Shown here piece after piece: positions 25,343 through 32,000 of a stretch of 32,000 nucleotides of DNA. Location of the stretch: positions 3,502-35,501 of the forward strand of contig NZ_JBIBYO010000025.1 of assembly GCF_043083385.1 (NCBI RefSeq). The letters are read 5' to 3'. The notes under the pieces are model-generated. The model saw nothing but the letters and a program-made list of their open reading frames with translations, had not been told where the DNA came from and made no database searches. The first letter of the stretch is position 1, and every line of letters begins with the position of its first letter. The translations under genes and the position numbers were made by a program. Source of the stretch: Streptomyces sp. NPDC014733 (lineage in GTDB: Bacteria > Actinomycetota > Actinomycetes > Streptomycetales > Streptomycetaceae).

Positions 25343-25891
25343 ATGGCGCGCAGGTCGGCGGAGCGGTCGGATGCGGTGGCGGGGATCGTGGCGGACTGGC
25401 GGCGGGAGCGGCCCGAGCTGGACACCTCACCGCTGGAGGTGCTGGCGCGGCTGCACCGGACCTTTCTGCGCTACAGCGCGCGGCTGACGGCGTCGGTGGA
25501 GTCGCACGGCCTGTCGGTGGCCGGGTTCGACGTGCTGACGGCGCTGCGGCGGGCGGGCCGTCCGTACCGGCGGACGGCCGGGCAGTTGGCGGACTCCGGG
25601 CTGATCTCGTCGGCGGGGGTGACGCTCCGCATCGACCGGCTGGAGAAGGACGGGCTGATCGTCCGGGAGCGGGACGCCGAGGACCGGCGGGTGGTGCGGT
25701 CGCGGCTGACGGAGGAGGGGCTGGCGAAGATCGACACGCTCTTCGCCGAGCATCTGGAGAACGAGCGGCGGATGCTGGCCGGGCTCTCCCCCGCCGAGTG
25801 CCGTCAACTGGCGCGGCTGCTGTCGAAGCTGGAGCGGTCGATCACGGAGGCGGACGGGTCCGGGGACGCGGGGCGGGAGCCGTCGGCCTGA
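25343..25891 (+). CDS. MarR-family transcriptional regulator, 182 aa
   Basis: ATG 25343 is preceded by GGAGGGGCGGAG. Winged-helix region LSVAGFDVLTALRRAGRPYRRTAGQLADSGLISSAGVTLRIDRLEKDGLIVRERDAEDRRVVRSRLTEEG. The first 67 codons of track ORF 25142..25891 overlap the pepN start and are not used. Confidence 0.85.
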   Translation: MARRSAERSDAVAGIVADWRRERPELDTSPLEVLARLHRTFLRYSARLTASVESHGLSVAGFDVLTALRRAGRPYRRTAGQLADSGLISSAGVTLRIDRLEKDGLIVRERDAEDRRVVRSRLTEEGLAKIDTLFAEHLENERRMLAGLSPAECRQLARLLSKLERSITEADGSGDAGREPSA

Positions 25892-25913
25892 ACCGCCGGG
25901 CGGGGCGGGGACG

Positions 25914-25948
25914 GGAGGGGCGGCTGCCGCGAAGGCGGCCACCCCTCC
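25914..25948. terminator. Hairpin between the convergent marR and serine-hydrolase genes
   Basis: GGAGGGGCGGCTGC cgcgaag GCGGCCACCCCTCC. The 14 stem positions comprise 12 Watson-Crick pairs, 1 G-U pair and 1 mismatch. Confidence 0.5.
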
Positions 25949-25967
25949 GGTGGACCGGCGGCCGTGC

Positions 25968-27155
25968 TCAGGCCGGTCGGCGCGCGGACGGGACCGTGCC
26001 GCAGAACTCCGCCTCGACGACGTTGCCGTAGAGGGCGCTGTCCCGCAGCCAGTCGCCGTTGGCGTTGAACGTCAGCTGGTGCTCCCCGTCCAGGGTGCCG
26101 ACCGTCGCGGAGAGGGAGCCGTTGGTGCTGCCGGTCTTGCCGACGACCTTCACCCCGCAGGACAGCCGCGCGAACTCGACGCCGAGGCCGTATCCGAACC
26201 CGCCCTCCGTGGGGACCTCGTCGAGCATCTCCGTCAGCTGCGCCCGGGGCAGCAGCCGGCCCGTCAGCAGGGCGCGCTGGAAGCGGTTGAGGTCGCCGCC
26301 GGTGACGATGGCGTCGCCGGACGCGCCCAGCCAGGTCATGTTCTGCTCGGTGGCGTCGTGGATCTCGGCGTCCGGACCCTCCTGGTCGAGGCGGGAGTAG
26401 CCGACGGGGTGCGGGTCCGGCATCCGGGGCGAGGTGCCGGGGAACGAGATCCCGGTCAGCTTCAGGGGCCGGAGGATGCGGCGCGTGACCTCCTGGGCGT
26501 AGGTGCGGCCGGTCGCCTTCTCGATGACCATTCCGGCGATCACATAGGCGGTGTTGGAGTAGTAAGGCTTCTTCTCCGGGTCGGGCCGGGGCGGGTACTT
26601 CAGCGCCGTCGCCACCAACTCCTCGGGGGTGTGGGTGTCGTAGCGGTGCTCGGGGAAGCCGGGGCCGGTGGCGTCGTGGGCGAACGCGGGGTCGGCGGTG
26701 TGGTTGGCGAGCCCGCTGGTGTGGTTGAGGAGGCTGCGGAGGGTGATCTTCCGGCCGTCGTAGCCGTTGCCCCGCACCAGGCCGGGCAGCCAGCCCTCGA
26801 CGGAGTCGTCCAGGCTCAGCTTCCCCTCCGCCTCCAGCTGGAGCAGGACGGTGGCGATGAACGTCTTGGTGATGCTGGCGCCGCGGAAGTGCTCGCTCTC
26901 CGGGGCGCGCGGGCGGCCGGTGGCGGTGTCGGCGTAGCCCGCCGCGGCGGACCAGCGTTCCTTGCCGTCGCGGACGGTGGCGGCGGCCCCGGGGAGCCCG
27001 CCCTGTTCGACGAGGGCGCGCAGGGCGGCGGCGGTCGCCCGGTGGTCGCCGGGCGCGGGCTGCGCGGCGTGGGCAGCCGGTGCGAGCGTGAGCGCGCCGG
27101 CGGCGAGCGCCCCGGCCAGGGCGCAGGAGACGGTACGGGTGGTCGGTCTCTTCAT
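25968..27155 (-). CDS. Secreted serine hydrolase (class C beta-lactamase / D-Ala-D-Ala carboxypeptidase family), 395 aa
   Basis: ATG 27155 is preceded by GGGGGAGG. Signal peptide MKRPTTRTVSCALAGALAAGALTLAPAAHA. Catalytic SxxK (GASITKTF) and YxN (YYSNTAY). The upstream 123 codons of track ORF 25968..27524 are antisense to the Rieske gene. Confidence 0.85.
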   Translation of the reverse strand: MKRPTTRTVSCALAGALAAGALTLAPAAHAAQPAPGDHRATAAALRALVEQGGLPGAAATVRDGKERWSAAAGYADTATGRPRAPESEHFRGASITKTFIATVLLQLEAEGKLSLDDSVEGWLPGLVRGNGYDGRKITLRSLLNHTSGLANHTADPAFAHDATGPGFPEHRYDTHTPEELVATALKYPPRPDPEKKPYYSNTAYVIAGMVIEKATGRTYAQEVTRRILRPLKLTGISFPGTSPRMPDPHPVGYSRLDQEGPDAEIHDATEQNMTWLGASGDAIVTGGDLNRFQRALLTGRLLPRAQLTEMLDEVPTEGGFGYGLGVEFARLSCGVKVVGKTGSTNGSLSATVGTLDGEHQLTFNANGDWLRDSALYGNVVEAEFCGTVPSARRPA

Positions 27156-27267
27156 GGGTGGGCCTCCCCCGGTCAGCGAGGGACGGGAGTGCCCCTCGGT
27201 GACCGGGACGCCGAACGGAGGCCGCAGGGTTGAGGGTTGGGGTCGGCGCACCCTGTCTTCGGGGCCC

Positions 27268-28308
27268 TCAGGCGCGCCCGGCGGCGGCCAGTTCGGCCGC
27301 CTGCTTCTCGGCCTCGGCGCGGTAGAGGCGGCGGAGGCGGACGACGCCGAGGTCGTGCTGGTAGAGGTTCTCGGCGGTGTCGGCGTCGTGCGGCATCGCC
27401 TCCAGCATGGTGCGGTCCTGTTCGAGGACGTGCCAGTGGCGTTCCTCGATGAGGGTGCGGTAGAGGAAGCGCCAGGTGTCGCGCTGCCAGTCGGTGACGT
27501 GGCGGTAGCGCCAGAAGAAGACACCGCTGCGCCGTTCGTCGACGGGGCAGATCATGCCGACGATGCCGAAGGGGCCGCCGGGGCCTGCGGACGGCGGGTA
27601 AGGGATGGAGAGGTCGACCCAGTCGACACCGGTGCGGCACAGTTCGACCCAGTCGAAGTTGACGCCGCGCTGGTCGGTCTTCTCGAAGAAGTAGCCGCGA
27701 TCGGTCTCCCGGATGCGGAACTTGGCGGTGGTGTCGCCCTCCCCCATCGTGTGCGACTCGTGGTGCAGGAACTGGCCGTGCATCGGGTCGAGGAGGTTCT
27801 CCACGGCGTAGCGCCAGGGCACCTCCCACTCCGCGTAGCAGAGGAACGCGTCGGTGCCGGGGTCGGTGAGCGGCTCGGGCAGGGTCAGCTCGCAGGGCTC
27901 GGGGTGGAGCGCGTCGCCGAAGTAGGCGAGGATCGCGCCGCCCACCTCGCGGACCGGGGGGCTGGTGACGAGCTGCTTGCCTTCGAGGGCGCAGCCGGGC
28001 AGCCCGGGTACGGAGGTGACGGTGCCGGTGCCGTCGACCTCGACGCCGTGGTACCAGCAGGCCACGCGGTCGCCGAGGTGGCGGCCGAGGGAGAGCCGGG
28101 CGCCGCGGTGCGGGCAGCGGTCGGCGAGCATGTGGAGGCGGCCGTCGGCGCGGCGGAAGAGGAGCCAGTCCTCACCGAGCGCCCGGACCCGGCGCATCCC
28201 GCCGGGGGCGACGAAGTGGGACGGGACGACGGGGTGCCACTGGTTGCGCAGCCCGGTGGCGTAGATCGTGTCGGCTTGGCCGGTGGTCGGGGTGGTCGCT
28301 GCGGTCAC
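27268..28308 (-). CDS. Rieske [2Fe-2S] non-heme-iron oxygenase, VanA/TsaM/KshA-like monooxygenase component, 346 aa
   Basis: Rieske motif CPHRGARLSLG...CWYHG. Mononuclear iron motif NLLDPMHGQFLHHESH. GTG start 28308 lies 3 nt after the upstream ORF's stop, with GGGAG inside that ORF's end. Confidence 0.9.
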   Translation of the reverse strand: MTAATTPTTGQADTIYATGLRNQWHPVVPSHFVAPGGMRRVRALGEDWLLFRRADGRLHMLADRCPHRGARLSLGRHLGDRVACWYHGVEVDGTGTVTSVPGLPGCALEGKQLVTSPPVREVGGAILAYFGDALHPEPCELTLPEPLTDPGTDAFLCYAEWEVPWRYAVENLLDPMHGQFLHHESHTMGEGDTTAKFRIRETDRGYFFEKTDQRGVNFDWVELCRTGVDWVDLSIPYPPSAGPGGPFGIVGMICPVDERRSGVFFWRYRHVTDWQRDTWRFLYRTLIEERHWHVLEQDRTMLEAMPHDADTAENLYQHDLGVVRLRRLYRAEAEKQAAELAAAGRA

Positions 28309-28311
28309 GGG

Positions 28312-28533
28312 TCACGCTCCCAGTCGGTGCATCTCGTCGCGGAAGGACTGCTCGGTCCAGGGCGCGCCGTCGGGGGTGTGGACCTGGCGGTCGTTCAGCC
28401 CGGCGACGACGTCGGTCAGTTCGTGGCCGACCTGGGTGAAGATCTCTTCGAGGGTGTGGGCGAGCTTGATCTCGTAGGGGGTCGGTTCGTGCTTGCGGGA
28501 CTGGTGGATTTCGAGGTACGGAGCGGGGTTCAC
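28312..28533 (-). CDS. Small conserved-looking hypothetical protein (73 aa), Cys-free, translationally coupled within the oxygenase operon
   Basis: GTG 28533 is preceded by GGAGGAact. Sequence: VNPAPYLEIHQSRKHEPTPYEIKLAHTLEEIFTQVGHELTDVVAGLNDRQVHTPDGAPWTEQSFRDEMHRLGA. Normal protein-like composition, unlike the Arg/Pro-rich remainder of track ORF 28312..29364. Confidence 0.6.
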   Translation of the reverse strand: MNPAPYLEIHQSRKHEPTPYEIKLAHTLEEIFTQVGHELTDVVAGLNDRQVHTPDGAPWTEQSFRDEMHRLGA

Positions 28534-28556
28534 AGTTCCTCCGGGGGCTCGGGGTG

Positions 28557-29528
28557 TCACAGGTCGAGGACGAGGCGGTCGCCGGCGCAGCGCGAGACGC
28601 AGATCATCAGGGAGGCGCCGGCGGCCCGTTCGGCGTCGCTGAGCAGGAAGTCGCGGTGGTCGGGGGTGCCGTCCAGGATGCGGGTCTCGCAGGTGCCGCA
28701 GACGCCGTCGCGGCAGGAGCTGGGGACGTCGATGCCCGCGCCCTCGACCGCGTCGAGGATGGAGGTGCCGTCCTCGACGCGGACGGTGCGGCCGCTGCGG
28801 CGGCACTCGACGTCGAAGCCGTGGCCCTCGGCGGGTGCCGGGGCGCCGTCGGGCGGGGCGGGGGCGGCGAACCGTTCGGTGTGCAGCCGGTCGGCGAGGC
28901 CGAGGGCGGCGCAGCGCTCCTCGACGGCGGCGAGGAGGGGTTCGGGGCCGCAGCAGTAGACGAGGGTGTCGTCCGGCAGCCCGGCCAGGGCGGCGTCGAG
29001 GTCGAGGTGGCCGTGGACGTCCTGGGGGCGCAGGTCGCAGCGGCCGGTGCCGCCGTCGGCCAGGGCGGCGAGCGCCTCGGCGAAGGCGAGGCTGGTGCGG
29101 CGGCGGCCGCCGTAGAGCAGCTGCCAGGGGGTGCCGGTGCGGTGGGCGTGGCGGACCATCGGGAGCAGCGGGGTGATGCCGATGCCGCCGGCGATGAAGA
29201 GGTAGCGGGCGGCCGGTTCGAGGGCGAAGTGGTTGCGGGGGCCCTGGACGCGGACGGTCGAGCCGGGGCGCAGCACGGTGTGGATGTGGGCGGAGCCGCC
29301 GCGGGAGCCGGAGGTGTGGAGGACGGCGACGCGGTAGCGGGTGGTGTCGTCCGGGTCGCCGCACAGCGAGTACTGGCGGATGTGGCCGCCGGTGTGCAGA
29401 TCGAGGTGGGCGCCGGGCTCCCAGGGCGGCAGCGGTGTGCCGTCGGGGTGGACGAGGTCCAGGGCGAGGACGTCGTCGGCCTCCCAGGTCATCCGGTGGA
29501 CGAGCAGGTCGAGGGCGGTGTCGGACAC
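28557..29528 (-). CDS. PDR/VanB-family oxidoreductase (flavin + NAD(P)H + C-terminal plant-type [2Fe-2S] ferredoxin), 323 aa
   Basis: GTG 29528 is preceded by AAGGAGGA. Flavin-binding RQYSLCG, NAD-binding LFIAGGIGITPLLPM and YCCGPEPLL. Ferredoxin cluster SCRDGVCGTCETRIL. It is the C-terminal part of mis-fused track ORF 28557..30704. Confidence 0.9.
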   Translation of the reverse strand: MSDTALDLLVHRMTWEADDVLALDLVHPDGTPLPPWEPGAHLDLHTGGHIRQYSLCGDPDDTTRYRVAVLHTSGSRGGSAHIHTVLRPGSTVRVQGPRNHFALEPAARYLFIAGGIGITPLLPMVRHAHRTGTPWQLLYGGRRRTSLAFAEALAALADGGTGRCDLRPQDVHGHLDLDAALAGLPDDTLVYCCGPEPLLAAVEERCAALGLADRLHTERFAAPAPPDGAPAPAEGHGFDVECRRSGRTVRVEDGTSILDAVEGAGIDVPSSCRDGVCGTCETRILDGTPDHRDFLLSDAERAAGASLMICVSRCAGDRLVLDL

Positions 29529-29539
29529 GGTCGTCCTCC

Positions 29540-31186
29540 TTACCGGGCGGGCAGTGCGACGGGCGGGGTGAACGGGGTCTTCATCGGGCCGAGTGCGGTG
29601 AGGTCGACCTCGACGAGGGTGGGGCCGTCGCTCGCGGTGGCGGCGGTGAGGACGGGCGCGGCGTCGTCCTCGGTGGCTATCCGGGCGTAGGGCAGGCCGG
29701 TGGCGTGGGCGAGGGCGGCGAAGTCGGGGGTGGCCAGGTCGACGCCGGAGCGGCGGTCGAAGTAGCGGTCCTGCATGTTGCGCAGCACGCCGTAGCCACC
29801 GTCGTTGAAGACGACGAGGGTCAGGCGGGGGCGTTCCTGGGCGAGGGTGAGGAGTTCGCCGAGGTGGACGGCGAGGCCGCCGTCGCCGGCCATGACGAGG
29901 GTGGGGGTGTCGGGGGTGGCGAGGGCGGCGCCGATGCCCATGCCGAGGCCCTGGCCGATGCCGCCGCCGCGCGGGAAGACGTTGGTGTGCGGGTGGTGGA
30001 TCGTCAGGAGGCGGTTGCCCCAGCTGCTGGCGGGGACGGTGACGTCGCGGGCGAGGACGGCCTCGGGCGGCAGTGCGGCGCGGATCGCGTCGCAGATCGC
30101 GGCCTGCGGGCCGATGCGGTCGCGGAGTTCGGCGCGGACGCTCTCGCGGGCCTCGCGGATGCGGGCGGCCCAGGCGGGGTCGGTGTCCGCGGCGGGCCGG
30201 GCGGTGAGGCGGTCGTGGAGGGCGGTGAGGGTGGTGGCGGCGTCGCCGTGCAGCGGGTGGGTGGCCGGGTAGGAGCGGCCGAGGGCGGCCGGGTCGTGGT
30301 CGATCTGGAGGTGGACGGCGGGCAGCTGAAGGCTCCAGTCGGCGGTTTCGTTGGAGCGGAAGTGGCTGCCGACGGTGAGCAGGAGATCGGCGTCGGCGAG
30401 GAGGGCGCGGCCGGTGGGGGTGGTGGCGAAGTTGCCGATGCAGCGGTCGTCGGTCTCGGGGACGGCGCCGCGGCCGGAGTTGGAGGTGAGCAGGCCGGCG
30501 CCGGCCTTGTCGAGGAGGGCGGCGAGTGCGGGCCCGGCGGTGGTGGCGCCGCCGCCTGCCCAGACGAGCGGGCGGCGGGCGGCGGCCAGCGCGTCGGCGG
30601 CGGCGTCGAGCGCGTCGGCGGCGGGCCGGACGGGCTCCGGTGCGGGGCGGGCGGCGGGCAGGGCCGACGGGTCCTGGGGCGCGTACTGGAGGTCGATGGG
30701 CCATTCGACGCTGGCGGGGCCGCCGGCCGGGCCGCGGAGGTGGTCGGCGGCGTCGCGCAGGACGCGGCCGGCGCTCGCGGCGTCGGGGACGGCCGCGGCG
30801 TGGGCGCTGACGGCGCGGAGCATGCCGAGCTGGTCGCGGGTCTCGTGGATGTAGCCGCGGCCGGCGCCGAGGTGGTGGCTGTCGATCTGTCCGGTGACGT
30901 GCAGCACGCGGCTGCCGGTGGCGAGGGATTCGATCAGGGACCCCGCGGCGTTGCCCGCGCCGGTGCCCGTGCTGGTGAGGGCGCAGCCGATGCCGCCGCG
31001 GGCGCGGCCGTGGCCGTCGGCGGCGTTGACGGCGGTGGCCTCGTGGCGGACGGGCACGAACCGCAGATCGCGGTCGACGGCCTCGACGAGCGGCAGGTTG
31101 TGCACGCTGACGACGCCGAAGACGGTGTCGACGCCGAGGTCGCGCAGGAGGGCGACGAGCAGATCGCCGCCGTTGGGCTGGGACAT
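29540..31186 (-). CDS. Thiamine-diphosphate-dependent enzyme (acetolactate synthase large subunit / benzoylformate decarboxylase superfamily), 548 aa
   Basis: N-terminal PYR domain GGDLLVALLRDLGVDTVFGV...RHEATAVNAADGHGR (catalytic Glu in RHE). ThDP/Mg motif MAGDGGLAVHLGELLT...VVFNDGGYG (GDG-x24-NDGG). ATG 31186 is preceded by GGGAGA. Unusual TAA stop. Confidence 0.9.
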   Translation of the reverse strand: MSQPNGGDLLVALLRDLGVDTVFGVVSVHNLPLVEAVDRDLRFVPVRHEATAVNAADGHGRARGGIGCALTSTGTGAGNAAGSLIESLATGSRVLHVTGQIDSHHLGAGRGYIHETRDQLGMLRAVSAHAAAVPDAASAGRVLRDAADHLRGPAGGPASVEWPIDLQYAPQDPSALPAARPAPEPVRPAADALDAAADALAAARRPLVWAGGGATTAGPALAALLDKAGAGLLTSNSGRGAVPETDDRCIGNFATTPTGRALLADADLLLTVGSHFRSNETADWSLQLPAVHLQIDHDPAALGRSYPATHPLHGDAATTLTALHDRLTARPAADTDPAWAARIREARESVRAELRDRIGPQAAICDAIRAALPPEAVLARDVTVPASSWGNRLLTIHHPHTNVFPRGGGIGQGLGMGIGAALATPDTPTLVMAGDGGLAVHLGELLTLAQERPRLTLVVFNDGGYGVLRNMQDRYFDRRSGVDLATPDFAALAHATGLPYARIATEDDAAPVLTAATASDGPTLVEVDLTALGPMKTPFTPPVALPAR

Positions 31187-31211
31187 GGTGCGGTCTCCCG
31201 GTGGGTGCGGG

Positions 31212-32000
31212 TCAGGCGGCGGAGCGGGCGACGCCGCCGCAGACGTCGAGGGCGGTGCCGGTGATGTACGAGGCGCGGGGCGCGAGGAGGGCCAGGACGG
31301 CGTAGGCGACCTCGTCGGCGCGGCCGAGGCGGCCGAGGGCGACGCCGCGGTCGGCGGCGAGTTCCGCCTGCCACGCGTCGTAGCTCTGCGAGGTGCCGGC
31401 GGCGGCGTGGCGGCGGGTCCACTGGCCGGTGTCGATGAGGCCGAGGCAGACGGAGTTGACGCGGATGGCGTCGGGGGCCAGCTCGCGGGCGAGCGAGGCG
31501 GAGAGGTTGAGGATGCCGGCGCGGGCGGCGCTGGTGGTGATCAGCCGGGGCGAGGGTTCCTTGGCGAGGACGGCGTTGATGTTGACGACGGCCGCGGCGT
31601 CGGAGGCGCGGAGGTACGGGAGGGCGGGGCGCAGGGTGTGCAGCACGCCGGCGAATTTCAGCTCCAGCTCGTCGCGCCAGTCCTCGGCGGTGGTCTCGGC
31701 GAAGCGCTTCATCCGGGACTGCCCGGCGTTGTTGACGAGGCCGTCGAGGCCGCCGAAGTGGTCGGCGGCGCGGTGGACGAAGGCGGCGGTGGCGTCGGCG
31801 TCGCGGATGTCGGCGGCGCCGGTGAGCAGCCGGTCCGCCCCGGCGCCGAGGCTGTCGGCGAGGGCGGTGAGTGATTCCGGGGTGCGGGCGCAGGTGGCGA
31901 CGCGGGCGCCCTCGTCGAGCAGGGCGCGGACGGTGGCCAGGCCGACGCCGGAGGTGCCGCCGGTGACGAGTACGGTGCGGTCGGCGAGGCCGAGGTCCAT
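31212..32000 (-). CDS. SDR-family protein with a non-canonical active site, 262 aa (start codon is the last triplet of the window)
   Basis: Cofactor motifs VLVTGGTSGVG and LVNNAG are intact. The classical NISS...YxxxK positions read NINA...TSAAR (T156, R160). The C-terminus ITGTALDVCGG is SDR-typical. Confidence 0.85.
   Translation of the reverse strand: MDLGLADRTVLVTGGTSGVGLATVRALLDEGARVATCARTPESLTALADSLGAGADRLLTGAADIRDADATAAFVHRAADHFGGLDGLVNNAGQSRMKRFAETTAEDWRDELELKFAGVLHTLRPALPYLRASDAAAVVNINAVLAKEPSPRLITTSAARAGILNLSASLARELAPDAIRVNSVCLGLIDTGQWTRRHAAAGTSQSYDAWQAELAADRGVALGRLGRADEVAYAVLALLAPRASYITGTALDVCGGVARSAA

Noticed and set aside
25950-31264. + strand ORFs 25950..27233, 26962..28959, 28554..29690 and 29435..31264, and the N-terminal 392 codons of minus ORF 28557..30704
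   Set aside because: These are shadow ORFs opposite or out of frame with the serine hydrolase, Rieske, reductase and ThDP genes. Their composition is Gly/Ala/Asp/Val- or Arg/Pro-rich. The real genes are defined by motifs and SD-preceded starts.

Overview
High-GC (about 70-75% by eye) Streptomyces-like actinobacterial chromosome segment. Most of it is a conserved housekeeping backbone: rpsA (partial), a SAM methyltransferase, hrpB, a DUF3068/lytic-transglycosylase envelope locus, polA, a YdeP-type molybdoenzyme, a PaaI thioesterase, an ANTAR response regulator (PdtaR-like), one tRNA, pyk and pepN. A MarR regulator and a secreted serine hydrolase follow. Nearly all long ORFs in the supplied track that lie antisense or out of frame to these genes are Arg/Pro/Gly-rich shadow ORFs typical of high-GC DNA, and I rejected them. 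I found no CRISPR array, transposase, integrase, rRNA or recognisable defence or toxin module. Four places look non-routine. (1) An isolated, compositionally atypical gene (9125-9883, about 55-60% GC) whose product carries the ligand pattern of heme-oxygenase-like diiron enzymes; it has about 450-550 bp of noncoding DNA on each side. (2) A 75-nt tRNA with anticodon CAA (Leu) but only a 5-nt variable loop. (3) A translationally coupled PLP-decarboxylase/N-hydroxylase pair (19020-22042) with no acyltransferase or siderophore synthetase next to it. (4) A tightly packed five-gene minus-strand operon (27268-32000): SDR with substituted catalytic residues, ThDP enzyme, PDR/VanB-type reductase, a 73-aa ORF and a Rieske oxygenase. 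pepN also carries an in-frame 5 x 24-bp tandem repeat. All functional calls come from reading translated motifs. No database search was run, so family names are hypotheses.
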